This document shows, piece by piece, positions 10,189-18,786 of a stretch of 64,000 bases of DNA. The position numbers and the translations under genes were made by a program. The DNA is taken from positions 1 through 64,000 of IMG/VR virus record IMGVR_UViG_3300043399_000788; one strand, 5' to 3'. Origin of the DNA: a virus. A model generated the notes under the pieces. It was not told where the DNA came from, did not search any database, and was given only the letters and a program-made list of their open reading frames with translations. Numbering within the stretch: the stretch's first letter is position 1; every line of letters starts with the position of its first letter.

Positions 10189-10685
10189 TTTTCTTCTTAT
10201 GTTGTTGAGATGTACTACGTACATCTGTTCTGCGTGTTTACTTCGTAAACACTTGAACATTTTTTTCTATTAATTTAAATGCACAGTAATTAATTGTTCT
10301 TCTATACAGCTAACCGCTTAAGCGACTTAAAGTATTCATCTAGATATGATGTCATACTTTTCCTGTTTCCAGGAAAAGTATAGGAGGTCTTCATCTGAGT
10401 ACTCCATCATACTATGTTATAAGAGATTACATTGTTACATGCACGGAGGCGGTCGTCCGGTACCCCCTACTCTAGCTTTCTACGAACGGAACTTCACCAC
10501 GCCCTAACAAGCGAACGTGTGTTTTAGTTGCGGTTGTATCTTTTTCACAGAGCCGCGATCATTTAGCCTAAAGTTAGCCTTACTGTGCCCAATGCGACAA
10601 TGTTGGGGTGTCGCCAACCATCAAGTTGAACGTATATGGGGCTATATAGCCTAAGTTTAGCCTAAATGTGCCTAAAAAGAGGGTT
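10189..10685. ncRNA. Candidate structured non-coding element (ncRNA or single-strand DNA signal)
   Basis: ~500 bp with no ORF in the track, in an otherwise densely coding genome. Perfect stems at 10208-10226, 10234-10252 and 10354-10381; nested stem 10345-10351/10405-10411; GCGACA/TGTCGC stem near 10594-10614; phased GCCT(A/T)A repeats. Confidence 0.55.
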
Positions 10686-12383
10686 TCAGTATAACTGTTT
10701 TATGATTTGACGAATAGTGTCTTTTGAGCCAAAGTGTTGAGCAAATGTTATAGGTGTGCCATAATTATCGTGTAAGAGTAACATCTTGTTATAGTTAAGT
10801 AAATCTTTTTCTAAAGGTTGACTAATTTTTTCTCCAAATTCTTTCCAGTAATTAAAATTTAAGTAAATTTTAGTAATTACCTTCATGTCAATCTTTTTCA
10901 TATGGAAGATTAAGTTATTGTATAGCATTACCATGCTGTGCATTGCAAGAATATCGCCTAATGTAGCAGTATTCGTTCCTACAACTGTATTGGCAGAGTA
11001 ATATTCGCAATCATCGAGATATGTTAAAACATCATCTCTAGTTTTAACATCATACGGTAATCCAGTAATGTGTAGTGCAGGCACAACACGCAAGTCGTAT
11101 TTTTTTTGATATTCTTTGTTATATCCAGGGCTGTTAATTAACATGCACCAAATATGAGATAATATTGCACGCGGGCTTAGTTCCGCAAATTCTATTAGAT
11201 TTTGAGCATAATTTTCAAGTTTTTGACCAGGCATACCTAGCATAGTTTCAATATCAAATTGAAACTTTGGGTGCTTTTGCTTAGTTTTTACGATGTAATC
11301 TTTGTATTCTGACCAGGGAATATCTGGTCTATTAATGTTGCTCAACACATCCTGATCGATATCTTGCACAGTCATTGTAAACAATCTATTACCTGGATCA
11401 ACAGATTCAACGTAATCGATAATTTCAAAAACACGTTGTTTGTTTAGCTTAGCTAAGTTGTTAAAGGTTAGCTTAAAATTAGGATTGTTCTTTTCAAGCT
11501 CGCATGAATATTTGACAACTTCAATATCTTCTTTGAATAGACCAATATTTGCATCTACCCAACGAACATGTAGATTTAACTCATTAAACAAGTTAAGATC
11601 AAGTTTCCAATCGTATTCTTTGCGTGTTACTTTATGATGTAACCCACTGCTCCAATCACAAAATGCACATGAGTAAGGACAACCTTTTGTGAATTCCCAG
11701 TTCATTATGATAGTAAGCTTATCATTCTTGTTTTTAATTTGATTTACTGCAAAATGAACTTCATCTAGATTATCTAAGTATGGGCTAAGTGTATTAAACT
11801 CTGCATCCTTAAAACGCTTGTATGGTTCAATAACTGGTTTATTATCTGTCATGTAAGAAATATTTGTAGCTGCACTATCAACTGTGTTTGAGTTAATCAT
11901 TGTGTCGATCATTACAGTGAAAGCTTCTTCGCCATCACCATATGCAACGGCATCTAACCATTCATGTTCTTTCCAAAACAGTTCTAATTCTTTATGTGCG
12001 TATATTTCAGGTCCGCCCCCCAACAAAATAATGTGTGGGTACTTGTTTTTAATAAAACGACCAAGACGAGAGTATAAATTGTAATTCCAAATGTATAAAC
12101 CAAAACACATTATGTCTGGTTTTTCGTTTTCAATTATTCTAGTAATTTCGTTTTCACATAAATCAACGTTTATATGTATTGCATCTAACCAATTTACTTT
12201 ATTGTTGTTTTTACCGTGGTGCTTATACCAACTTTTTAGTACCCAATAAGCAGGGTTGATGTGTATGCCGTTATTAAAAGGAATTGTTCCAGAAATGAAC
12301 TTAATGTTCACCGTTGGTTTATTTTCAAAGTAGTTTGAGTGTGGAAAATTCTGAGAAAATTCCCTTTGCAAGATGCTATCCAA
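10686..12383 (-). CDS. Cobalamin-binding-type radical SAM protein
   Basis: N-terminal B12-binding-like segment (PDIMCFGLYIWN...LLGGGPE...YGDGEEAF) and CxxxCxxC motif TKGCPYSCAFCDW. Confidence 0.85.
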   Translation of the reverse strand: MDSILQREFSQNFPHSNYFENKPTVNIKFISGTIPFNNGIHINPAYWVLKSWYKHHGKNNNKVNWLDAIHINVDLCENEITRIIENEKPDIMCFGLYIWNYNLYSRLGRFIKNKYPHIILLGGGPEIYAHKELELFWKEHEWLDAVAYGDGEEAFTVMIDTMINSNTVDSAATNISYMTDNKPVIEPYKRFKDAEFNTLSPYLDNLDEVHFAVNQIKNKNDKLTIIMNWEFTKGCPYSCAFCDWSSGLHHKVTRKEYDWKLDLNLFNELNLHVRWVDANIGLFKEDIEVVKYSCELEKNNPNFKLTFNNLAKLNKQRVFEIIDYVESVDPGNRLFTMTVQDIDQDVLSNINRPDIPWSEYKDYIVKTKQKHPKFQFDIETMLGMPGQKLENYAQNLIEFAELSPRAILSHIWCMLINSPGYNKEYQKKYDLRVVPALHITGLPYDVKTRDDVLTYLDDCEYYSANTVVGTNTATLGDILAMHSMVMLYNNLIFHMKKIDMKVITKIYLNFNYWKEFGEKISQPLEKDLLNYNKMLLLHDNYGTPITFAQHFGSKDTIRQIIKQLY

Positions 12384-12401
12384 TCTCTAATATAGCGTTA
12401 T

Positions 12402-14096
12402 TTATTTTAAGAATTGAATCCAATTTTTTTGTTGATTAAAATAGGTATAAAACGATTGCGGGCCATCTAAAGTTTCAACAAGTATCATTGGAAATCCAAA
12501 AATATCTTTATTTTTGAGTATATCGTTAGCACACTTTTCTCCAAAAGTTATCCAATTTTTGCTTCTTAATGCATTAGAAAAGTGTTTAGTATTAATATTC
12601 CATTTTTTGTTTTTACAAAAATCAGCGTAACTATTATAGAAGTAACTCATGCCTATCATAGCTACATGATTAGCAAAAGTTGCACTCATAGTATCAGTAA
12701 CAAATTTACTTTTTGTCCAAGATGAGGAATTTAAATTTTCATTTAACTCTTGTAGTGTTTTAAAGTTCTCAGGAGTTGAATGCAAATATCCTAATTCGTT
12801 AATTTTTAATTTGAATTTATCAATGTATTCAGGTGATGCAGCAGGACTATTTGGTAAAAAGTTAAACAAAGATCCTGCAACTTTGTAAACATCTAATGTT
12901 GCAAATTCTAATAACATGTTAGCATATGAATCGAGAGTTTGTCCTGGTAAACCAATGATTAACTCTATCATAAACTTTATTTGTGGATTACGTTGTTTTA
13001 CATCAATCAATAATTGCTTATGCTCGTCCCAGGGAACATCTGGTCTTGAAATATTTTTAAGTATTTCTGAACTGATGTCTTGTATTGCAATAGTATGGGT
13101 AACACTTCCTGGAGATTGCTGTTCTAATTTCTCAATAAGAGAATAGACTACATGTTTCTTTACTTTACTATAATTAGATAAACGTAGTTCAAATTTTGGA
13201 TTAACTTTTTTAAGAGTTAAAGCAGTATCAACTATTTCAACATCTTCTTTGTGAATACCAATATTAGCATCAATCCAGTTTGCAACAAGATCAATTTCAT
13301 TAAAGAAATCTAAATCTGCTTTATAGTCATAAGTTTTGCGATATGTTTTATGATGTAATCCACTACTCCAATCACAGAAAGTACAAGAAAACGGACACCC
13401 ACGAGTAAATTCCCAATTTATGATTGGGAAAACATTTGATGTTTCACGTAAATTTTTTATAGTATTAGCAATATCTTCTTTGTTATGCAAGTAAGGGCTA
13501 ATTGTTTTGTATTCAGGATCATTAAATCTTCTATATCCAACGTTGATACTACTTTCATTTTGTTTATAAACAAAATTACATGGTGTCAGTTTAACACTGT
13601 TTATATCAAACATAGAATCAATTAAGGTAGTGAATGCTTCTTCACCATCACCATACACAACTACATCAACAAAATCATGCGTTTCCCAAAAAGTACTTGA
13701 AGTTTTATGAACATCTACTTCAGGTCCTCCTGCAAGTATTATAGTTGATGGTCTGCGTTTTTTAATTTCTTTTCCTAAGTTAGAATAGCGACTATGATTC
13801 CACAAGTACAGGCCTAGACAAACAATGTCTATATCTTCTTCTTCAATTATTTTTAAAAAGTCATCAACACTTAAGTTACTGTCATTTAGTTGTGGCGTTT
13901 TCCAAGATAATCGATTAGGAAAATTACCATTTAAATCGTAGTAACATTTAATAAACCAACTACTGGGATTAATCCATAACTGATTATCCCAATAAATATT
14001 TGGGATCATTCCCGCAAAAAATTTAATATTAACTTTTTCTTTATTTGCAAACTTATTCGCATAAGGAAAAGTAAGTTTAAATGTTTCTTCAATCAT
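12402..14096 (-). CDS. Cobalamin-binding-type radical SAM protein (paralog of neighbour)
   Basis: DIVCLGLYLWN...LAGGPE...YGDGEEAF and TRGCPFSCTFCDWSSGLHHK, nearly the same motif as the adjacent gene. Confidence 0.85.
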   Translation of the reverse strand: MIEETFKLTFPYANKFANKEKVNIKFFAGMIPNIYWDNQLWINPSSWFIKCYYDLNGNFPNRLSWKTPQLNDSNLSVDDFLKIIEEEDIDIVCLGLYLWNHSRYSNLGKEIKKRRPSTIILAGGPEVDVHKTSSTFWETHDFVDVVVYGDGEEAFTTLIDSMFDINSVKLTPCNFVYKQNESSINVGYRRFNDPEYKTISPYLHNKEDIANTIKNLRETSNVFPIINWEFTRGCPFSCTFCDWSSGLHHKTYRKTYDYKADLDFFNEIDLVANWIDANIGIHKEDVEIVDTALTLKKVNPKFELRLSNYSKVKKHVVYSLIEKLEQQSPGSVTHTIAIQDISSEILKNISRPDVPWDEHKQLLIDVKQRNPQIKFMIELIIGLPGQTLDSYANMLLEFATLDVYKVAGSLFNFLPNSPAASPEYIDKFKLKINELGYLHSTPENFKTLQELNENLNSSSWTKSKFVTDTMSATFANHVAMIGMSYFYNSYADFCKNKKWNINTKHFSNALRSKNWITFGEKCANDILKNKDIFGFPMILVETLDGPQSFYTYFNQQKNWIQFLK

Positions 14097-14613
14097 CTTT
14101 GTTGCAAAGCTGCTTTATAATGTCAGCGTTTATATTCCAAAAACTATTAAATTCAGTTATTACCCATGGATCATACTTTTCACCATGGTACCACATAAAA
14201 CTAAGACCAGGATTAACTTGTGGCCTCCACTTTGCTTCAAATGCAACATATGCACCTTTGCGATTAAACTTCATTGCAAGTATATTGAAGTCTGTCTCAT
14301 CACAAGTATCTCGTATTTGTTCTATCCAACCATCTAGTTGTTTGTTAGAACCAGCGTACAATTGATGAAAGGCAAAGTCCTTATAGAACTTTGCCTCTAA
14401 GTTAAGTTTGGGAAAACTGGGTCCTGGAATTATGTCCCCTTTAAAGCCACGAATTTGTTCTTCACTTAAGGTATTTTTACGATGACTATTTTTACCACCA
14501 ATAAACGCACCTGAGTTTGGAACTCTTACAAAACTTTCTCCGTATAAGTTGGAAAGAAAATCTGCGACTTCTCTTTCCCATCCGTTACCTTTAGCTTTCC
14601 CTTTACTTGGCAA
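14089..14613 (-). CDS. Holliday junction resolvase-like PD-(D/E)xK nuclease
   Basis: K.KGNGWEREVA, RVPNSGA, GDII.......LEAKFY; sits in the gp46/47 operon; TTG start. Confidence 0.75.
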   Translation of the reverse strand: MPSKGKAKGNGWEREVADFLSNLYGESFVRVPNSGAFIGGKNSHRKNTLSEEQIRGFKGDIIPGPSFPKLNLEAKFYKDFAFHQLYAGSNKQLDGWIEQIRDTCDETDFNILAMKFNRKGAYVAFEAKWRPQVNPGLSFMWYHGEKYDPWVITEFNSFWNINADIIKQLCNKDD

Positions 14614-14767
14614 TTTGTTTCCCTAAATTAGGCGGTACCCATTTGTCTTGTCCTACAATCCGCTGCATTGGATGCACAGCATTGTCGTATGCCCGGCAAT
14701 TATACTCAGCAATTTCTTCGCTTGTGTACTTCATTCGAGGATCAACAAACTCGTTCCGCTTTAACAT
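14603..14767 (-). CDS. Small hypothetical protein (54 aa), missing from the ORF track
   Basis: MLKRNEFVDPRMKYTSEEIAEYNCRAYDNAVHPMQRIVGQDKWVPPNLGKQIAK*. Exactly fills the gap: abuts the upstream stop and overlaps the downstream start. Confidence 0.55.
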   Translation of the reverse strand: MLKRNEFVDPRMKYTSEEIAEYNCRAYDNAVHPMQRIVGQDKWVPPNLGKQIAK

Positions 14768-14959
14768 TTAGTCCTTCTTTGCAGCTAGTGCATTCTTAGC
14801 TTCTGTAATTTCCTTACGACGTGTTGCAGCAAGCTTGCGGATTTCATTTAGTGCCTTACGAGCACGACCAGCAGCAGCCTTTACACCTTTCTCAGAAAAC
14901 TTGGTGTTCTCTTCTATATATGCATCAATTTGACGTAGTAGTTCATCATGAGTATTCAT
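14768..14959 (-). CDS. Histone H1-like (Hc1-family-like) small basic DNA-binding protein
   Basis: EKGVKAAAGRARKALNEIRKLAATRRKEI resembles the Hc1 KGNKAA.R.R signature. Confidence 0.65.
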   Translation of the reverse strand: MNTHDELLRQIDAYIEENTKFSEKGVKAAAGRARKALNEIRKLAATRRKEITEAKNALAAKKD

Positions 14960-15141
14960 TTTTTGTTTCCTTTATAAACTAATCTCTTAAATTCAGAAAA
15001 CGTCATTTTAAAATCTGCTCCGCTTTCTTTATAGTACTTGTGCAATTCAGTTGCCTGTATTGCCTTATCAACTCTATTACTCCATACAGCCTTTTGTTTA
15101 CTTGTTTCAGATCTTATTTCCATCCGAACTTTACGCTTCAT
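14956..15141 (-). CDS. Small basic hypothetical protein
   Basis: 61-aa ORF overlapping both neighbours in the operon. Confidence 0.5.
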   Translation of the reverse strand: MKRKVRMEIRSETSKQKAVWSNRVDKAIQATELHKYYKESGADFKMTFSEFKRLVYKGNKK

Positions 15142-16918
15142 TCGCTATCTCCACATCATTGCTATACGTTGTAAATCCATTCTCTTTAACAACAGTTAAA
15201 ATGTTGTTAACTCTACTGGATAGTTCATCCTTGTGACTTACAAGGAATATGCTCTTGTTGCGTTCACGGCTCATCTTTTTTAGAATAGCCATTGCGCTTT
15301 CTACACCGCTTGTATCCATGCCGCTATCAACCATTTCGTCAATAAACAGCAAGTTTATTGGCTGATAAAGCCCTTCCCAAACGTCTCTAAATGCCCAACT
15401 TAAACTCAAAATAAGTCGGTTTCTTTCACCTCTAGATAGGTTATCAAAGTCCAATTCCCTGCCCAGTTCCTCGATTAAAACAGTTAAATCTGACTGGAAT
15501 TTAACGGAATGTGGTAGACCAATCTGCTGCAAATAGTAATGCAAACGTGCATTTAAGTATGCAAGATTTTGATCAATGATAGTCTTACGTATGAAAGAAT
15601 CCTTGTTTGTAAGCAGTTTAAGCAAGAATTCTTGGTGTTCCTTAAACTTAGTTAGCTCATTAATATGATCCCAACTAATTTCTTCAACAGCAGAGATCCG
15701 CATATCTGCAATTTGCTCGATATACGGATCCTGCTCTGCCAGCCTATGCTCCAGCTGTGAACTTAACTTATCAATACTATTTCTATGCTCCATAGCTTGC
15801 TCAATGCTATCGTAAAACACTTTAGGTGCTTTGCCAATATCACCAATTTCAGCAAGCGTTGCTTCAAACTCATCTGTTTGAGATTGTAGCTTAAGCATGT
15901 GCTTTTCGCTATCTTCTTTTTGCTTTAACTTACCAGCAAGGATTGTTTCTTGCTTGTTGTCATGCAATTTGCTGCCACAAGCAAAGCACTTGTGATCTTG
16001 TAGATCAGCAATTTCCTTGTTTAGCTTATCATAACTCTTTTCTTCTTTAACGTAATCAGCACGAATGCTCTTAAGCCACTTCTCTGCTTCTTGCTTACGT
16101 TTTACTTTAGTGTGGTACTCTGAAAGCTTTTTGTGATTTTCAATCTCAGCTTCAACATCAATATCTTTTAGATCTTCGAGTGCTTGTACTAAACGAGAAA
16201 TATCTTCTTCACGTTTTGTTTCCCAAAGCTTTTGACGGCGCTCTAAGCTTTCAATTTGTTCCTGAATTTTTTTGTTAGCATCCTGCATCGCTTTAATGCG
16301 ATACTCTTCCTCAGTAACAGCGTCTTTAGTAGACTTTACTAGTTCTTTTAGACGCTCTGCTTTTGCACTTAACTGTGTAATACCAAGCAACTGCTCAATG
16401 ATTTCACGTTGATCGTTGGCGCGCATTGATAGGAAAGGTTCAGTGTATGTGTTAAGTGCGAGTACATGCTTAAACATGTCATGACTTAGACTTAGTAGAG
16501 ATTCGATTTCTTTTTGTGTTTCTCTACTATCACCTTGAGCATCATCCTCAATGTCTTTTTCTGTTTTGTCTAAACCGTTAACATAAAACTTTAGTACGTT
16601 AGGTTTACGACCACGTTCGATTCGATATTGGTTACCATTAATTTCAAAATCAATTGTAACTAACATGTTCTTCCCGTTAGTTTTATTGATTAAGTTTTCT
16701 TTTTTAATGTTTGTGAGTGCAACACCAAATAGCGCATAACTTAGTGCATTAATCATTGTGGTTTTGCCTGTACCGTTTCGTGCACCAGCATCGTCACCAC
16801 CAAGATCCATGTTTTGTCCAAGTACAAGTGTTAGATCATTACGATCAAAGCTTACGCTTTGTGTAACGTTACCAACACTCATAAAGTTTTTAACAGTTAA
16901 AGCTTTTAATTTAAGCAT
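15131..16918 (-). CDS. Rad50/SbcC-like recombination ATPase (T4 gp46)
   Basis: Walker A RNGTGKTT, coiled coil with zinc-hook CFAC, signature LSRGE, Walker B LFIDE, VSH. ATG overlaps the gp47 stop. Confidence 0.93.
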   Translation of the reverse strand: MLKLKALTVKNFMSVGNVTQSVSFDRNDLTLVLGQNMDLGGDDAGARNGTGKTTMINALSYALFGVALTNIKKENLINKTNGKNMLVTIDFEINGNQYRIERGRKPNVLKFYVNGLDKTEKDIEDDAQGDSRETQKEIESLLSLSHDMFKHVLALNTYTEPFLSMRANDQREIIEQLLGITQLSAKAERLKELVKSTKDAVTEEEYRIKAMQDANKKIQEQIESLERRQKLWETKREEDISRLVQALEDLKDIDVEAEIENHKKLSEYHTKVKRKQEAEKWLKSIRADYVKEEKSYDKLNKEIADLQDHKCFACGSKLHDNKQETILAGKLKQKEDSEKHMLKLQSQTDEFEATLAEIGDIGKAPKVFYDSIEQAMEHRNSIDKLSSQLEHRLAEQDPYIEQIADMRISAVEEISWDHINELTKFKEHQEFLLKLLTNKDSFIRKTIIDQNLAYLNARLHYYLQQIGLPHSVKFQSDLTVLIEELGRELDFDNLSRGERNRLILSLSWAFRDVWEGLYQPINLLFIDEMVDSGMDTSGVESAMAILKKMSRERNKSIFLVSHKDELSSRVNNILTVVKENGFTTYSNDVEIANEA

Positions 16919-17931
16919 CAAAGATTCTCGTAAATTTGTAGTAATAGTTTTGAGTCGTAGAACTCACTCTCAACATTTGCTAACTGAGTATGCACGATTT
17001 GATCAACTGATTCAAATTTCACTTCGGTAGTAGTATCAAATCCAGCTTCGTCCTGCTTTTGTGGAATTAATGCAAGTTCACGCGGCTTATACTGTGCATC
17101 GAACGTTTCTCGAATAAAGTTGGCTTCCTCATAGGAGATAGGAATATCAATGTTAACACGCAAATAGCTTTCAGGTGTTAAGTGATAATCTGGATTATCC
17201 AATAGCTGACTAAGTTTAATAACACGATACTTTGGTGCTTTGTCCCATGCATAATAATCATGGTTACCATCCCAGTTTAGGATCATAACGCCACGTTCAT
17301 CATCCCAAGCATCGCTGTAATCATGTGGGAAAGCATTTCCAATATAATGAATATTTTGTCTGTTTTGTCGTTTATGGAAATGCCCAGTCCACACATACTC
17401 TACACCGCCTAAATCCTCAGCTTGGATTTCGCCGTGATCTGGCATTTCTACCATACTATTCATTTTAAACTTAGGTAGTTCGAAGTGTCCAAATACGTGC
17501 TTAGCATTAAGCTTACGCATTGTTTTATATTCATCTTGAACTAGCCAAGGCACCATAACCATATCGCCTTCACGATAAAGATCATTATGTATATGAATGT
17601 TAGGAATGTGATTTGCCCATTCCATTGAAGCAATCGTTCTCTTATCACGATAGTATAGATCATGATTGCCTACAATAAAGTCGGCACGATCAAATCGTTC
17701 GTTAATTAATTCCAAAGCTTTTAAGCTTGCAGTAAGTGTATATAAGCTAATGCTGGCACGATTATGATGCCAGTCGCCTGTGAACAATACACGATCACAA
17801 CCTTTTTCAACGCCAAGCTTTGTAGCCCAGTCGACAAAGTCTAAGCAGTCTTGGTTAAACTGTTGACTGTTAGACTTTTTGCCAAAATGAATATCTGTAA
17901 AAACGAGAGCACGATTAAAAGGGTTAGTCAT
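16918..17931 (-). CDS. Mre11/SbcD-like nuclease (T4 gp47)
   Basis: Metallophosphoesterase motifs TDIHFG, GDWHH, GNHD, GHFE, GHFH. Confidence 0.93.
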   Translation of the reverse strand: MTNPFNRALVFTDIHFGKKSNSQQFNQDCLDFVDWATKLGVEKGCDRVLFTGDWHHNRASISLYTLTASLKALELINERFDRADFIVGNHDLYYRDKRTIASMEWANHIPNIHIHNDLYREGDMVMVPWLVQDEYKTMRKLNAKHVFGHFELPKFKMNSMVEMPDHGEIQAEDLGGVEYVWTGHFHKRQNRQNIHYIGNAFPHDYSDAWDDERGVMILNWDGNHDYYAWDKAPKYRVIKLSQLLDNPDYHLTPESYLRVNIDIPISYEEANFIRETFDAQYKPRELALIPQKQDEAGFDTTTEVKFESVDQIVHTQLANVESEFYDSKLLLQIYENL

Positions 17932-17972
17932 GCTTTAAAATATAAACTTGTAATCAATCGTTTACAAGTTTA
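17932..17972 (-). promoter_or_regulatory. Sigma70-like promoter for gp47, probably leaderless, inside an 11-bp inverted repeat
   Basis: Minus strand reads TTGTAA-N17-TATATT-N7-ATG with no SD. Inverted repeat TAAACTTGTAA (17943-17953)/TTACAAGTTTA (17962-17972). Confidence 0.55.
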
Positions 17973-18761
17973 ATCTTGATGCCAATCGTTTTGTCTAGAA
18001 TATGATGGATTCATATTGTTCATTTCCAATATGTCATCACGGATATTTTGATTCTTCTTTTCAATGTTTAGGATGCGTGTGAAGCTGTTAGTTATTGTTG
18101 CTGTATAATAAGCAAACGGGTTTGCGGATTTAGATTCATCAAATTGCAAACCAACTTGGCTTAACTGTAGCAGTGCTTGGCTACGCATTTCATCATTGTA
18201 AGTATATCCTCGCCAGTTGCCTCTTGTGCCATAACGTTCGCAAAGTTTCATAAACATCTTAGCAAGTTCATTGGTAATTTTACCTTGTTCCTTGCTAAAG
18301 TATCCGTTTTGCATACCACCAATCCAGTGACTCTTTCCAACACAATATGGTTGATCATTTTCATCTAAACGATAATGTTGGAAAGGTGGAAAGTTAATCT
18401 TAACATGATGGTCGCTTTTTAGCTTTGGGGTCTTTTTACGACCTGGTGCTAGTGGAATATGATCGAACGTCATAATCCTAAATACTAGCTCTGTTTTTTC
18501 AATTTTCTTATAGTCTACTCTAAACTGCTCTTGCTTAACTTTTGAGTCTGTTTTTAGTGCAGTTTCCCATGCTTCTTTAGTTAAACGATCTGCACGGTTT
18601 TTCTTTGCTTGTGCAATAGTAATTCGATTTATCTTAGATAAACTTGGTAATATAATATCATACTGTGAATCCTCAGGCGCCAAGTATGAGCAGTAAGTGT
18701 TTTTGCTTTTATGTATTTCTTTTAGCAAATCACGATTGTTTAAATAATTTACACGAACCAA
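17970..18761 (-). CDS. Late-transcription sigma factor (T4 gp55-like)
   Basis: NYLNNRDLL.EI, NWRGYTYNDEM...A, F D..KS.NPFAYYT..I.NSF.R.L..EKK; adjacent to gp47/gp46 as in T4; AGGAGA RBS. Confidence 0.85.
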   Translation of the reverse strand: MVRVNYLNNRDLLKEIHKSKNTYCSYLAPEDSQYDIILPSLSKINRITIAQAKKNRADRLTKEAWETALKTDSKVKQEQFRVDYKKIEKTELVFRIMTFDHIPLAPGRKKTPKLKSDHHVKINFPPFQHYRLDENDQPYCVGKSHWIGGMQNGYFSKEQGKITNELAKMFMKLCERYGTRGNWRGYTYNDEMRSQALLQLSQVGLQFDESKSANPFAYYTATITNSFTRILNIEKKNQNIRDDILEMNNMNPSYSRQNDWHQD

Positions 18762-18786
18762 TTAAAGTTCTCCTAAATAACAGCAC

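Noticed and set aside
10640-10676. TTAGGC repeats on the minus strand resembling a telomere repeat
   Set aside because: Copies are spaced 10-11 bp apart rather than contiguous, and no telomerase or RT is present; kept only as iteron-like repeats.
10189-10685. tRNA, tmRNA, RNase P RNA or hammerhead ribozyme in the non-coding gap
   Set aside because: I found no cloverleaf with T-loop and CCA, no tmRNA ends, no GAGGAAAGUC RNase P motif, and CAGATGAAG does not match the CUGAUGA hammerhead core.
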